Made by a program: the position numbers and the translations under genes. Below are positions 24,403 through 35,102 of a DNA stretch of 64,000 nt, in pieces. The first letter of the stretch is position 1, and each line of letters begins with the position of its first letter. The DNA is from an uncultured Actinomycetes bacterium (GTDB lineage Bacteria > Actinomycetota > Thermoleophilia > Solirubrobacterales > 70-9). A model generated the notes under the pieces. That model saw only the letters and a program-made list of their open reading frames with translations, did no database searches and was not told where the DNA came from. The stretch lies in contig CAWHSU010000003.1 of the NCBI GenBank assembly GCA_963832085.1, positions 22,229 through 86,228 of the forward strand, read 5' to 3'.

Positions 24403-25718
24403 TCTTCGTCGCTTATTTTCGCCAGCTCGGCCAGCTCGTCGACTTCCGCCTGCTGGCCGACCTCGATCGCCTCCTGATCGCCGATCACCCAGACGTGGTT
24501 GTAGAAGGCGCGGGTGGGGTCGGTGGTATATCCGGGCTTCACGTCGAGGAAGTAGTTGCGGAGGTCCGCCGGGAGCGTAGCGGCGTTGTCGGTGAGGAGC
24601 AGCGGCCCCCAGGTGCCCGAGGCCGAGAGCGGCGCCGCGGCGGCGGCGTCGGCGGGGGAGTCGCTGCGGGCGAGGACGAAGCCGTGGCCGGGGTCGTTGA
24701 CGTTCCAGCCGAAGTTGCCGTCGCGATAACGGGCGAAGGCGAGGGCGTTGGCGACCGGGTCCTCGCCGCCCACGCGCTTGACCCGTTTTGCGACTTTGGC
24801 GACCTCGCGGACGACCTCGGAGGAGATCACCGAGGAGGGACCGAGCACGTAGACCGGCACCTTCGGGTGGTCTTCGAGGACGGCGACGGTGGCCGCAGGC
24901 AGCTTCTCCGTGTCGGCATAGAGCACCGGGTCGCCGGAGCGGGCGGCCCAGGCGGCGGCGGGCATCGCGAACTCCGGCTGGGAGCTGGAGGCGATGACGA
25001 TATGCCGCGGGGGTTTGCCGGTGAGGCGGTCCCGCAGGGCGGCGATCTGGGCGGCGGTGGCGGCGGATTCGCCGCTGTCGATCGGCACCGCGTCCCCCGG
25101 GTATGCCAGCCGCCCCACGGCGAAGAGCGCTGCGTTCCCGGTCGCCTCGCCGCCCTGCGGATCGAGCGCCGAAAGCGCTTCATCGCTCGTCTCCGGCAGC
25201 TCCTCCGAGTTCGAGAAGAGGATCGGCGTCCGCACCGGCGGCGCCATCAGGACGGAGGCGGCGATCGCGCCTGCCCAGTCCTCTTCGCCGACCAACGCCA
25301 CCGCCGCCGGACGCTGCTCGGGCGTGGTCGAGGGGAAGACGGCGAGGGCGACGGCGGCTGCGTTGGCGACCGGGTCGGAGCCGCCGATGCGGACCGTGTT
25401 GTTGGTCGCGAAGCTCGGATAGCCCAGCTCTTCGGCAGGCTGGGAGACAGGGGCCTCCGCGGGATCTGCGGTGTCCGCGGGGGCTGGCGTGGGGGCAGGG
25501 GAGGTGGTGCCCTTGTCGCCATCGCCGCCGCTGCCGAAGACGATCGCAGCCGCGATGAAGGCGAGCGCGAGTACGACGAGCGCCGCCAGCGCCTTCGGTG
25601 CCCCCGGCTTCGGCTCGCGCTTCTTCTCGGTCTCGGGGACGTCCGCGTTGATCGGCCGCTTCGGGATCACGGAAGGAAACGTATCGGGGTGCCTGCCGCC
25701 GGGAGGAGTAAAGTCCAA
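24399..25718 (-). CDS. membrane-anchored protein with cell-wall-binding-repeat-2-like repeats
   Basis: TM anchor is ALAALVVLALAFIAAAIVF. Modules repeat, such as RIGGSDPVANAAAVALAVFP ... PILFSNSEELP and RVGGEDPVANALAFARY ... PLLLTDNAATLP. Confidence 0.6.
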   Translation of the reverse strand: MDFTPPGGRHPDTFPSVIPKRPINADVPETEKKREPKPGAPKALAALVVLALAFIAAAIVFGSGGDGDKGTTSPAPTPAPADTADPAEAPVSQPAEELGYPSFATNNTVRIGGSDPVANAAAVALAVFPSTTPEQRPAAVALVGEEDWAGAIAASVLMAPPVRTPILFSNSEELPETSDEALSALDPQGGEATGNAALFAVGRLAYPGDAVPIDSGESAATAAQIAALRDRLTGKPPRHIVIASSSQPEFAMPAAAWAARSGDPVLYADTEKLPAATVAVLEDHPKVPVYVLGPSSVISSEVVREVAKVAKRVKRVGGEDPVANALAFARYRDGNFGWNVNDPGHGFVLARSDSPADAAAAAPLSASGTWGPLLLTDNAATLPADLRNYFLDVKPGYTTDPTRAFYNHVWVIGDQEAIEVGQQAEVDELAELAKISDEE

Positions 25719-25721
25719 GAC

Positions 25722-25744
25722 TGGCTGACTGACCAGTCAATCGG
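25722..25744. promoter_or_regulatory. palindromic operator candidate TGGCTGACTGACCAGTCAATCGG (second copy)
   Basis: 22/23 identical to 14227-14249. It ends 31 nt upstream of the acyl-CoA dehydrogenase ATG at 25775. Confidence 0.55.
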
Positions 25745-25774
25745 TAGGCGCAGAGGACCAGAAGGGGAGAAGAG

Positions 25775-27034
25775 ATGGATTTCGCACTGAACGAGGAACA
25801 GCTTGAGTTCAAAGCGCGGTGTCGCAAGTTCGCCGCCGAGGTGATGCGACCGGTCGCGCGCAAGCACGACGAAGAGGAGAGCATCCCCTGGGAGGCGATC
25901 AAAGAGGCGCGCCGACAGGGCTTTGGTGGCCTCGAGTCGATCCAGCGCAACGCCGCCGACCCCGAGGGTCAGATGCAGGTGATCTCGGCCGAGGAGTTCC
26001 ACTGGGGCTGCGCCGGGATCGCGCTGGCGATCAGCGGCTCCGGCCTCGCCGCCGCCGGCATCGCCGCCTCGGGCACCGGTGAGCAGATCGGCCGCTGGGT
26101 CCCCGAGTGCTTCGGCAGCGGTGAAGAGATCAAGCTCGGCGCCTACGCCGTCACCGAGCCGCAGGCCGGCTCCGACGTCAAGAACCTGAAGACGACCGCC
26201 AAGCGCGACGGCGACGAGTGGGTCCTCAACGGGACCAAGGTCTTCATCACCAACGGTGGCATTGCCGACGTCCACGTCGTCGTCGCCGTCGTCGACCCCG
26301 AGCTCGGGACCCGCGGCCAAGCCTCCTTCGTGGTCCCGAAGGGGACCCCCGGCCTCAGCCAGGGCAAGAAGGAGACGAAGCTCGGGATCCGCGCCTCCCA
26401 CACCGCCGAGATCGTGCTCGAGGACTGCCGCATCCCCGTCGATTACCTGCTCGGCGGCGAGGAGAAGCTGGAGAAGAAGCTGCAACGCGGTCGGGAAGGG
26501 AAGAAATCCCGCGGCGCCGATGCGCTCGCGACCTTCGAGATCACCCGGCCGCTGGTCGGCGCTTCCGCGCTCGGGATCGCCCAGGCTTCCTACGAGTGGA
26601 CGCTGGAGTACCTCGACGGCCGCTCCGAAGGCGGCGTGCCGATGCTGAAGGCGCAGCGGATCCAGCAGACGCTGGCCGACGTCGCCACCGAGATCGAAGC
26701 CGCCCGCCTGCTGGTCCAGCGCGCCGCCTGGATGGGGCGCAACGGCAAACCGATGACCGGCGGCCAGGGCTCGATGTCGAAGCTCAAGGCCGGCGACGTG
26801 ACGATGTGGGCGACGACGACGCTGATGGACCTGGTCGGCCCCTACTCGCAGAGCACCGATTGCCCGCTGGAGAAGTGGTTCCGCGACGCCAAGATCTACC
26901 AGCTGTTCGAGGGCACGGCCGAGATCCAGCGGATGGTCATCTCCCGCATGCAGGCTCGCGACTACGCCGAGCGCCTCGGCTACGCCGCCGAAGTCGCCGA
27001 GGAGACGATCAAGAAGGAGCCGGTCGCGGCCTAG
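25775..27034 (+). CDS. acyl-CoA dehydrogenase
   Basis: YAVTEPQAGSDVKNLKTTA, GTKVFITNGG and QLFEGTAEIQRMVISR. Confidence 0.9.
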   Translation: MDFALNEEQLEFKARCRKFAAEVMRPVARKHDEEESIPWEAIKEARRQGFGGLESIQRNAADPEGQMQVISAEEFHWGCAGIALAISGSGLAAAGIAASGTGEQIGRWVPECFGSGEEIKLGAYAVTEPQAGSDVKNLKTTAKRDGDEWVLNGTKVFITNGGIADVHVVVAVVDPELGTRGQASFVVPKGTPGLSQGKKETKLGIRASHTAEIVLEDCRIPVDYLLGGEEKLEKKLQRGREGKKSRGADALATFEITRPLVGASALGIAQASYEWTLEYLDGRSEGGVPMLKAQRIQQTLADVATEIEAARLLVQRAAWMGRNGKPMTGGQGSMSKLKAGDVTMWATTTLMDLVGPYSQSTDCPLEKWFRDAKIYQLFEGTAEIQRMVISRMQARDYAERLGYAAEVAEETIKKEPVAA

Positions 27035-27054
27035 CCTCGATCTATCCTCGGTCC

Positions 27055-27975
27055 GTGCACGGACCGCACGACTATAGCCACGCACTCGACGCCCGCCGCG
27101 CGGACAGCCGGCGGCGGATGTGGGTGGCGCTGGGGATCAACCTCGGGCTGTTGGTGGCTGAGGCGATCGGCGGCATCCTCACCGGCTCGCTGGCGCTCCT
27201 CGCCGACGCCGGCCATGTCCTCTCTGACGCCGGCGCGATCGTCCTCGCCCTGATCGCGGTGCGGCTGGCGGCGCTGCCGGCGACCGGCCGGCGCACCTTC
27301 GGTTACCAGCGCTCGGAGGTGCTGGCGGCGCTGGTCAACGGGCTGACGCTGGTGGCGGTCAGCATCGCGATCGCCGTCGCCGCCTTCGGTCGTTTCGGCG
27401 ACCCGCCGGAGATCGACGGCTGGGGGGTGCTCGCGCTCGGCCTCTTCGGGCTCGCCGGCAACCTCGCTGCGACGGTCGTCCTCGCCCGCGGCCAGCGCGA
27501 GGACATCAACCTCGAGGGGGTGCTGCGGCACTCGGCCGCCGACGCGCTCGGCTCGGTCGGGGTGGTGGTCGCCGGCGCCTTCGTCCTGCTCGGCGGCTCA
27601 CCCGTCGTTGACCCGATCGTCGGCCTGCTGATCGCGGTCCTGATCCTCGCCTCCTCCTGGCGCCTGATCAAGGAGCCGGTCGACGTCCTGATGGAGGCGG
27701 CGCCGGCCGGCTTCGACGTCGATGGCGCTGGGGCGGCGATCTGCCAGGAGGAGGGGGTGCGTTCTGTGCACGACCTCCACGTCTGGACGCTGACGGCCGG
27801 TTTCGGGGCGCTCGCGGCGCACGTAGTGGTCGCCCAGGGAAGCGACCGCGACCTGATCCGGCGCCGGCTCGAGCTGACCCTGCGCGAGCGCTACGGGATC
27901 GAGCACACGACCCTGCAGATGGAGGAGGAGGCAGACCAGGAGCTGCTGCGCGTCGAGAACGCCTCGCCTCGTTAG
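27055..27975 (+). CDS. cation diffusion facilitator (CzcD-type Zn/Co/Cd efflux) transporter
   Basis: GTG 27055 is in the frame of track ORF 26218..27975. Motifs are GSLALLADAGHVLSDAG, FGYQRSEVLAALVNG and HDLHVWTL. Confidence 0.9.
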   Translation: MHGPHDYSHALDARRADSRRRMWVALGINLGLLVAEAIGGILTGSLALLADAGHVLSDAGAIVLALIAVRLAALPATGRRTFGYQRSEVLAALVNGLTLVAVSIAIAVAAFGRFGDPPEIDGWGVLALGLFGLAGNLAATVVLARGQREDINLEGVLRHSAADALGSVGVVVAGAFVLLGGSPVVDPIVGLLIAVLILASSWRLIKEPVDVLMEAAPAGFDVDGAGAAICQEEGVRSVHDLHVWTLTAGFGALAAHVVVAQGSDRDLIRRRLELTLRERYGIEHTTLQMEEEADQELLRVENASPR

Positions 27976-28078
27976 TGCTTACGTCTACTTAATTTTAGTA
28001 GTTCATGCTTTCCTCCTGTTGGGGGTGGCCCTAGCCTGGGTAGCGCAACAGCGGATGATCAGGCAGACGAGGAAATAC

Positions 28079-28799
28079 ATGGTGGGCGCAATCTCGGGTG
28101 CGGGGTTGATCGCCGCCGCGCTCGTCGCCTTCGTTCTGTTGGTCTCGGCTCAGGTCTTCGAGGACTGGCCGCTTTCCGGACTGGCGGGCGCCGACGAGGA
28201 GACCTCGGTCTCTTCTGCGGAGCCAGCCGCACCCGGTACCGGTGTGGCGGCCGCGGCAGTGGCGCCGGCCGGTTCGAAAGCCGCGCCCGGTCAGGGCGAC
28301 GGCGGCGCGGCCGCAGGGCGGCGCGGCGGACCGAGGCGGATCGTCCCCGGCCGGTGGTCAAGGAGTCGCCGGTACCGGCCAGCAGCCAGGCAGCCCTGGC
28401 GGCGGCGGTGGCGATGGAGGAGGCGCGGCACCCGGCGGCGGTGACGGCGGCTCCGTCCCGACCTCGACCCCCGGCGGACCTTCGGGCGGCGGAGGCGGAG
28501 GCGGGGGCACGGCTTCGAATGCCGGCAGCGGCAGCGGCGGCAGCGGCAGCGCCGGCGGCGGCGAAACCGGCGGCGGCAGCACGACCGCCTCGACGCCCTC
28601 CGGGAAAGTCACCGGCACCGTCAACGAAACCGTCAACCAGGTCGATCAGACGGTCACCGGCGGGGTGCTGGAGGAAACCGGCGTCACCCAGGTGACCGAA
28701 GGCGCGGTCAACGGAGTCGCCGGCCCCGAATCCACGGTTGGCCAGGTGGTCGACAGCACCGTCGGCACCGTCGAAGGCATCCTCAAACCGAAAAAATAG
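28079..28799 (+). pseudogene. membrane-anchored Gly/Ser/Thr-rich protein, reading frame broken near 28318
   Basis: The N-terminal anchor (MVGAISGAGLIAAALVAFVLLV...GQGDGGAAAG) lies in one frame. The Gly-rich remainder (GGAADRGGSSPAGGQG...VTGTVNETVNQVDQTVTGGVLEETG...GILKPKK) lies in the +1 frame. Neither frame alone gives a sensible protein. Confidence 0.55.
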
Positions 28800-28854
28800 A
28801 TTGAGAACTGAGCGTTCCGCCCGCTCAGGCCCTAATCGTCAAAATGCCCTCCCT

Positions 28855-30165
28855 ATGGCGGAGCGAGGACAGCCGGGCTCGGTGACGAGCGGTGACCCGA
28901 TCGAGGACTCGGCCGTCTTCCCGCAGGGGAGCCGCGTCAACGCGGAGGGGCACCTCGAGGTGGCCGGCTGCGACGTGGTCGCGCTGGCCGAAGAGCACGG
29001 CACCCCCGCCTACTTCTACGCCGAGGACGACATCCGCGCCCGCGCCCGCGCCTACCGCGAGGCCTTCGAGCGCCGCGGCGCCGAGTACGAGGTTCTCTTC
29101 GCCAGCAAGTCGCTGCCCTGCACCGCCGCCTACCGCCTCTTCGCCGAGGAGGGCCTCTCCGTCGACGTCGCCTCCGGCGGCGAGCTGCACATGGCGCTGC
29201 GCGCCGGCTTCGACCCCGACCGCATCCACATGCACGGCAACAACAAGTCCGACGCGGAGATCCTCTTCGCCGCCCGGTCCGGGATCCGCCACCTGATCGT
29301 CGACTCCTTCGACGAGATCGAGCGCTGCGAGCGGCTGCTCGACGAACCGCAGAGGGTGCTGATCCGGGTCACTCCTGGGATCAAGCCCTCGACCCACGAC
29401 TACATCACCACCGGCCAGCTCGACTCCAAGTTCGGCTTCGGGCTCGCGGACGGACTGGCGGCGAGTGCGATCGAGCGGGTGCTCGCCTCCGACAAGCTCG
29501 AGCTGGTCGGGCTGCACGCCCACATCGGCTCCCAGATCTTCGAGCTCGAGCCCTACACGCTGGCGATCCAGGCGCTGGGGGAGCTGGCCGGCGACTGGTG
29601 CCAGGTCGTCAACGTCGGCGGCGGCCTCGGCGTCGCCTACACGATCGAGGACGAGCCACCCTCGATCGACGCCTACGTCGAGGTCAAGGTCCGCGGCGTC
29701 CACGAGGTCTTCGGCCCGGAGGTGCGGATCCTGGTCGAGCCGGGCCGCTCGCTGGTCGCCAACGGCGGCCTCACCGCCTATCGCGTCGGCACCGTCAAGG
29801 AGATTCCCGGCGTGCGCACCTACGTCGCCGTCGACGGCGGCATGTCCGACAACCTGCGGCCGATGCTCTATGGCTCCCACTACGAAGCGCTGATCGCCGA
29901 CCGCGCCGGCGCCCCCGCCGACACCCTGGTGACGATCGCCGGGATGCACTGCGAGTCCGGCGACGTGATCGTCCGCGACACGCTGCTGGCGGAGCCGGCC
30001 GTCGGCGACGTCCTCGTCACCCCGGCGACCGGCGCCTACGGTTACGCGATGGCGAACAACTACAACGGGGTGCCGCGACCGCCGGTCGTCTTCTGCCGCG
30101 ACGGCGAGTCGCGGGTGGTCGTGCGGCGCGAGACCTACGAGGACCTGACCGCGAGGGACGTCTAA
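28855..30165 (+). CDS. lysA: diaminopimelate decarboxylase
   Basis: [34 protein letters not shown] and HGNNKS. Conserved lysA-hom-thrC-thrB order. Confidence 0.9.
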   Translation: MAERGQPGSVTSGDPIEDSAVFPQGSRVNAEGHLEVAGCDVVALAEEHGTPAYFYAEDDIRARARAYREAFERRGAEYEVLFASKSLPCTAAYRLFAEEGLSVDVASGGELHMALRAGFDPDRIHMHGNNKSDAEILFAARSGIRHLIVDSFDEIERCERLLDEPQRVLIRVTPGIKPSTHDYITTGQLDSKFGFGLADGLAASAIERVLASDKLELVGLHAHIGSQIFELEPYTLAIQALGELAGDWCQVVNVGGGLGVAYTIEDEPPSIDAYVEVKVRGVHEVFGPEVRILVEPGRSLVANGGLTAYRVGTVKEIPGVRTYVAVDGGMSDNLRPMLYGSHYEALIADRAGAPADTLVTIAGMHCESGDVIVRDTLLAEPAVGDVLVTPATGAYGYAMANNYNGVPRPPVVFCRDGESRVVVRRETYEDLTARDV

Positions 30166-30170
30166 AGCGC

Positions 30171-31403
30171 GTGGCCTCCGCAGGCTCCAAACCCGTCCGC
30201 ATCGGGCTGCTTGGGCGCGGCACGGTCGGCGCCGCCTTCGCCGACCTGCTCGCCGAGCGGGCGGAGGCGGTCGAGGCGGCGACCGGGAGGCGGCCGGAAG
30301 TGACCGGGGTGCTGACCCGGGAGGAAGGCGACTTCGAGTCGATCCTCGCCGGCTCGGACCTGATCGTCGAGCTGATGGGGGGGACCGACCCGGCGCGGGA
30401 TCACGTCCGCGCCGCCCTGCGCGCCGGCAAGCCCGTCGTCACCGCCAACAAGCAGCTGCTCGCCCAGCACGGCGACGAGCTCTTCGCCGTCGCCCGCGAG
30501 GCGGGGGTGCAGCTGCGCTTCGAGGCGGCGGTCGCGGCGGTGATCCCGATCGTGCGGACGATCCAGGAGAGCTTCGGCGTCACCGAGATCGCCAAGGTCT
30601 TCGGGATCGTCAACGGCACCACCAACTTCATCCTCACCGAGATGGCGGCGAGCGGCGCCGGCTACGACGACGTCCTCGCCCGCGCCCAGGAGCTCGGGTA
30701 CGCCGAGGCCGACCCCTCCGACGACGTCAACGGCGCCGACGCCGCGGCGAAGATGGCGATTCTCGCCCGCCTCGCCTTCCACACCCCGGTCACCCTCTCC
30801 GAGGTCACCTACGAGGGGATCGAGGGGATCCAGCCCGACGACATCGCCTACGCGAAGGAGCTGGGGCTCTCGCTGAAGCTGCTCGGGGTGGCCGAACGGC
30901 GCGACGGCGGGATCAGCGTCCGCGTCTTCCCCTGCTTCCTCTACCGCGGCCACCCGCTGGCGCCGATCGAAGGGCCGTTCAACGCGGTCATGGTCGAGGC
31001 GCCGGCGATCACCGAGGTGACGATGTCGGGACCGGGGGCGGGAGGGCTGCAGACGGCCTCGGCGGTGCTCGGCGACGTCGTCTCGATCCTCGCCGGCGAG
31101 GCGCCCGTGCACGAGACCCGGGTCGAGCTGCCGATCGTCGCCGACGTCAGCTCCTCGTTCTACCTCTACCTCGAGGTGGCGGACGAGCCCGGCGTGCTGG
31201 CGCGGGTCGCGACCGTCCTCGGCGACCACGGCATCTCGGTCAAGAGCGTCGTCCAGCGCGGGATCGGCGACGAGGCGCGGCTGGTGATGGTGATCCACGA
31301 GTGCCTCGAGTCGAAGTTCGCGGCGGCGGTCGAGGCGCTGGGCGACCTCGGCGACCTGCGCGCCCCGCCGCGTTCTATCCGCGTGATCGAGGAGGAGTAC
31401 TGA
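30171..31403 (+). CDS. hom: homoserine dehydrogenase (with C-terminal ACT domain)
   Basis: GTG 30171. Motifs are [32 protein letters not shown] and [18 protein letters not shown], followed by an ACT-like tail. Confidence 0.9.
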   Translation: MASAGSKPVRIGLLGRGTVGAAFADLLAERAEAVEAATGRRPEVTGVLTREEGDFESILAGSDLIVELMGGTDPARDHVRAALRAGKPVVTANKQLLAQHGDELFAVAREAGVQLRFEAAVAAVIPIVRTIQESFGVTEIAKVFGIVNGTTNFILTEMAASGAGYDDVLARAQELGYAEADPSDDVNGADAAAKMAILARLAFHTPVTLSEVTYEGIEGIQPDDIAYAKELGLSLKLLGVAERRDGGISVRVFPCFLYRGHPLAPIEGPFNAVMVEAPAITEVTMSGPGAGGLQTASAVLGDVVSILAGEAPVHETRVELPIVADVSSSFYLYLEVADEPGVLARVATVLGDHGISVKSVVQRGIGDEARLVMVIHECLESKFAAAVEALGDLGDLRAPPRSIRVIEEEY

Positions 31404-32437
31404 TGGCCGCCGGCCTGATCGACCGCTACCGCGACCGGCTCTCGCTGGAGCCCGGCGACCCTGTTGTGACCCTGAACGAGGGCTCGACGCCGCTGATCGA
31501 GGCGCCGCGGCTCTCGGAGCGGATCGAAGCCCGCGCCTATCTCAAATTCGAGGGCCTGAACCCGACCGGCTCGTTCAAGGACCGGGGGATGACGGTGGCG
31601 GTCTCCCGCGCCAAGGGGCGCGGGGCGGAGGCGATCATCTGCGCCTCGACCGGCAACACCGCCGCCAGCTGCGCCGCCTACGCCGCCCGCGCCGGGATGC
31701 GGGGGGCGGTGATCGTCCCCGAGGGGAAGATCGCGATCGGCAAGCTCGCCCAGGCGCTGATGCACGGTGCCCGCGTGGTCGCCCTGCAGGGGAACTTCGA
31801 CGACGCCCTGCGGATCGTCCGCGAGCTCTCCCAGAAGCACCCGATCGAGCTCGTCAACTCGGTCAACCCGCACCGGATCGAAGGCCAGAAGACGGCCGCC
31901 TTCGAGGTGGTCGAGGATCTGGGCGGGGCGCCGGGCGCGCTGGCGATCCCGGTCGGCAACGCCGGCAACGTCACCGCCTACTGGCGCGGCTTCCAGGAGG
32001 CCGAAACCGCGCCGATCCTCTACGGCTTCCAGGCCGAGGGCGCCTCGCCGTTGGTGCGGGGCGAGCCGGTGCAGAACCCGGAGACCGTCGCCTCGGCGAT
32101 CCGGATCGGCAACCCGGCCCGCTGGGAGGAGGCGATGGCCGCCTTCACCGCCTCCCGCGGCCGCGTCGCCGCCGTCTCCGACGAGCAGATCTTGAACGCC
32201 TACCGCTGGCTTGCCGACACCGAAGGCGTCTTCTGCGAGCCCGCCAGCGCCGCCTCGGTGGCGGGGCTGCTGGCCCACGGCCTGCCGGTCGTCGAGGGTG
32301 CCGCGAAGCCGGAGACCGTCGTCTGCGTCCTCACCGGCCACGGCCTCAAGGACCCCGACACCGCCCTCGGCAAAGCCCCCGCGGTGATCGCCTGCGAGAA
32401 CGACCTCAGCGCCGTCGAGCGCGCGGTCTTCGATTGA
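31403..32437 (+). CDS. thrC: threonine synthase
   Basis: TGATG overlap with hom. Motifs are [17 protein letters not shown] (PLP lysine) and ASTGNTAAS. Confidence 0.9.
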   Translation: MAAGLIDRYRDRLSLEPGDPVVTLNEGSTPLIEAPRLSERIEARAYLKFEGLNPTGSFKDRGMTVAVSRAKGRGAEAIICASTGNTAASCAAYAARAGMRGAVIVPEGKIAIGKLAQALMHGARVVALQGNFDDALRIVRELSQKHPIELVNSVNPHRIEGQKTAAFEVVEDLGGAPGALAIPVGNAGNVTAYWRGFQEAETAPILYGFQAEGASPLVRGEPVQNPETVASAIRIGNPARWEEAMAAFTASRGRVAAVSDEQILNAYRWLADTEGVFCEPASAASVAGLLAHGLPVVEGAAKPETVVCVLTGHGLKDPDTALGKAPAVIACENDLSAVERAVFD

Positions 32438-32444
32438 GCCGCAG

Positions 32445-33326
32445 ATGACCACGCGCCGGCGACTCGTCCGCGTCCCCGCCTCCTCGGCCAACCTCGGGCC
32501 CGGCTACGACGCGATGGCGGCGGCGATGGCGATGCACCTCGAGCTCGAGGTGGAGGAGGTGGGGGAGTTCTCCTTCGACCCGGGCGGGCTCGAGGTCTCG
32601 ACCGGGCGCGGCAACCTGCTCGTGCGGGCGTTCGAGAGCCTGCGGCCGGCGGACGGCATCGCCTTCCGGCTGCGCAGCGAGATCCCGCTGGCGCGGGGGC
32701 TGGGCTCGAGCTCGGCGGCGATCGTTGCCGGCCTCTACGCCGCCGACCACCTCTACGAGCTGGCGCTCTCCAAGGAGGAGATGCTGGCGCGGGCGACCGA
32801 GATCGAGGGGCATCCCGACAACGTCGCCGCGGCGATCTACGGGGGCTTCGTGGTTTGCGGGACGGGAGACGGCGGCGCGCCGACGGCGGCGCGGTTCGAC
32901 CCACCCGAGGGGCTGGAGGGGATCGTCGTGATCCCGCCCGACGAAGTCTCGACCAAGCTGGCACGCGAGGCGATCCCGGCGCAGGTGCCGCTGGCCGACG
33001 CCGTCGCCAACGTCTCCGCCGCGGCGATGCTGGTGCTGGGCCTGCGCAGCTCCGACCTCGACCTGCTCGCCCGCGGCCTTCACGATCGCCTCCATCAGGA
33101 CCGCAGGCGCGACCTCTACCCGCGCTCGATGGCGATCGTCGACTCGGCACAGGAGCTGGGGGCGCTGGGGGCGACGATCTCCGGCGCCGGCCCCACGGTC
33201 CTGGTCTGGACCACCTGGCAGGACGCCGGCAACGTCGCCGCGGCGCTGGAGGAGCGCTGCGCCGGCTGGGCCGAGGTCAAGCGCCTGCCCTTCAGCCCGC
33301 TCGGCGCCGACGTGCCGGAGCTTTGA
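32445..33326 (+). CDS. thrB: homoserine kinase
   Basis: VPASSANLGPGYD and the GHMP motif PLARGLGSSSAA. Confidence 0.9.
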   Translation: MTTRRRLVRVPASSANLGPGYDAMAAAMAMHLELEVEEVGEFSFDPGGLEVSTGRGNLLVRAFESLRPADGIAFRLRSEIPLARGLGSSSAAIVAGLYAADHLYELALSKEEMLARATEIEGHPDNVAAAIYGGFVVCGTGDGGAPTAARFDPPEGLEGIVVIPPDEVSTKLAREAIPAQVPLADAVANVSAAAMLVLGLRSSDLDLLARGLHDRLHQDRRRDLYPRSMAIVDSAQELGALGATISGAGPTVLVWTTWQDAGNVAAALEERCAGWAEVKRLPFSPLGADVPEL

Positions 33327-33333
33327 TCGGCTG

Positions 33334-33711
33334 ATGGACTGGGTGGTGCAGATCGGGCTGGTCGAGTTGGCGATCGGCGGGCTGCTCGGCTGGGCGATGG
33401 TGATCCGCGGCGAGAGGCCCGAGTGGCTGCGGCGGATCGGCGTCGTCGCCCCGCAGCGGATTCGCCAGGTCCACCTCGACTACGTGATGATGGGCCTGAT
33501 CCTGATCGGGGTCGGGCTGGCGGTGCCCGACCTGCCGACCGCGATCGCCGCCGCGCTCGTCTTCGGCACCTTCGTCAACCCGCTCCTCTTCGTCCCGCTC
33601 GCCTTCGACCCCGACGTGGAGGGGCGCCTCTGGTACCGGGCGCTGGCGGTGGTCAGCTTCATCGGCGTCAGCGGCGGGCTCGTCGCCGCGGCGATCGTCG
33701 GGCCTGGGTAG
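33334..33711 (+). CDS. small integral membrane protein (4 predicted helices)
   Basis: Hydrophobic 125-aa ORF immediately after thrB. No known domain recognised. Confidence 0.5.
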   Translation: MDWVVQIGLVELAIGGLLGWAMVIRGERPEWLRRIGVVAPQRIRQVHLDYVMMGLILIGVGLAVPDLPTAIAAALVFGTFVNPLLFVPLAFDPDVEGRLWYRALAVVSFIGVSGGLVAAAIVGPG

Positions 33712-33742
33712 ATCGCCGCCGGCGCGATTAGGATCGCGCGCC

Positions 33743-34710
33743 ATGCCGACCTACTCGAAGCCGAAGCTGCTCCTGCCCGTCCTCGTCCTCGCCGTGGCGC
33801 TTGCCTTTCCGGTCGCCGCGAACGCGACGTTGAGCTATGTCAAAGATCCGTTCAAGACGACGATCTACGTCGCCAACGACGATGGCAGCGGCGCGCGCAA
33901 GGTCGAGAAGGGGCACAACCCGCACGTCGCCCCTGACGGGCTCTCGGTCGCCTACCTCCACGAAGGTCCGAAGAACGCGCAGGAACTGAAGCTCGCTCCC
34001 GCGAGCGGCGGCGCCGGCAAGACCTTGATGACCAACCTGCGCGAAGCGTTCTACCTGGCCTGGTCGCAGGACTCGAAGACGATCGCGGCGCTGCGCGGGC
34101 CCGAACTCGGCAAGCGCAACCTGGTCCTGATCGACGTCGCCAGCGGCAAGCAGACGGTCGTCGCCAGTGGCTACTTCAGCGGCTTCAGCTTTTCTCCGGA
34201 CAGCACCGAAATCGCCTACGCGCGCTCCGGGAGCGAAAAGTTCCCGCCGCGCAGCGACGTCTTCCGCTTCCCGGTGCCGATCCCCGGCGTGGTCAACGTC
34301 CGCGCCCCGGAACCGGTGCGGCTGACCAGCGACCACCGTTCCTCCGATCCGCTCTGGGGCCCGAGAAAATCGTTTTCGTCAAGACCATTGACGGGAAAAA
34401 GCGCAAGTACGGGCCGAAGAACGAGCTCTTCTTGATGAACTCCCAGGGCAAGGGGGTCAAGCGCCTCACCAACACCAAGGTCCCACCGCTGCTGCAGGGC
34501 CTCTTCCCGACCGACTGGTCCGCCAACGGCGCTCGCCTGCTGGCCGAGTTCCAGGGCCAGGACACCAGCTACGCCGTCGCGTCAATCCGACGCGAACGGG
34601 CGCGGCCAGGAGCAGGTCGTCTCGGCACCGCTTCCACCGACGCCGGCCTCGGCGACGAAGCCGGCTTCAACCGCTCCGGCAGCCGATCCAATCTCCGCCG
34701 ACGGCACTGA
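33743..34710 (+). pseudogene. TolB-like PD40 beta-propeller protein, frameshifted near 34360
   Basis: A signal peptide is followed by PD40-like repeats (VAPDGLSVAY, WSQDSKTIA, FSPDSTEIAY). After ...DPLWGP the sequence continues sensibly only in the -1 frame (EKIVFVKTIDGKKRKYGPKNELFLMNSQGKGVKRLTN...TDWSANGARLL). A 1-nt loss in GGGGCCCGAG would explain this. Confidence 0.6.
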
Positions 34711-34712
34711 GC

Positions 34713-35009
34713 CGCTACACGATCAAGCATCGGGACGAATTCGAGCGGATGGAGGGGTCGGGCGACTGGCTTGGCGCACAGGCCTCGGACCTCGCCTGCG
34801 GCTCAACCGGTCAATCGGTCCAAGACGGTCCCCTACACGACGAGAGCGGCAGGTCGAGCCTACTGATCGAGGCGAGGCGCTCGGTCAGGAGGACACGGCG
34901 CCTGTCGACACCTTCGCTAGCTCGAGGAACCGCTCGACGATCGTCAGTCGCTTTGACGCTCGTCACGCCTCTGATCGGCGTAGGAGCAACAAGCGGCAGG
35001 CCACGCTAG
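34713..35009 (+). pseudogene. possible degraded cupin-domain gene remnant
   Basis: RYTIKHRDEFERMEGSGDWLGAQ...PLHDESG resembles the N-terminus and first metal-binding motif of small cupins. The rest is not protein-like in any single frame. Weak call. Confidence 0.3.
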
Positions 35010-35033
35010 GCTATTGCGGGCTTGACCGAGCCC

Positions 35034-35039
35034 TATAAT
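35034..35039 (+). promoter_or_regulatory. perfect TATAAT hexamer upstream of gltB (candidate -10)
   Basis: TATAAT lies 64 nt upstream of GTG 35103 in a ~70% GC context. GGGAGG lies 7 nt upstream of the start. No correctly spaced -35 was found. Confidence 0.3.
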
Positions 35040-35102
35040 CCCGTAACTCGTTAACCCGTCGCGCGCCCGCTCGAAGAAGGCGTGGAACCCGGGAGGTAAA
35101 AA

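Noticed and set aside
28380-28600. Repetitive GGC/GGCGGC-rich DNA, considered as a possible tandem repeat or CRISPR-like array.
   Set aside because: There is no regular repeat-spacer periodicity. It is coding low-complexity (poly-Gly/Ser) sequence of the anchored protein. No CRISPR repeats or cas genes occur anywhere in the window.
32200-33150. 316-aa Arg/Pro/Ala-rich minus-strand ORF, and several similar ones such as 4687..5595 (-), 7102..9093 (+) and 51927..52769 (+).
   Set aside because: Extreme composition (poly-R/P/A), overlap with well-supported genes (thrC/thrB, ADH, gpsA/sigma, addB), and no start or RBS context.
35021-35039. TTGACC followed by TATAAT, considered as a consensus sigma-70 promoter for gltB.
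   Set aside because: The two hexamers are separated by only 6 nt, so they cannot act as a -35/-10 pair. Only the TATAAT is kept, as a low-confidence -10.
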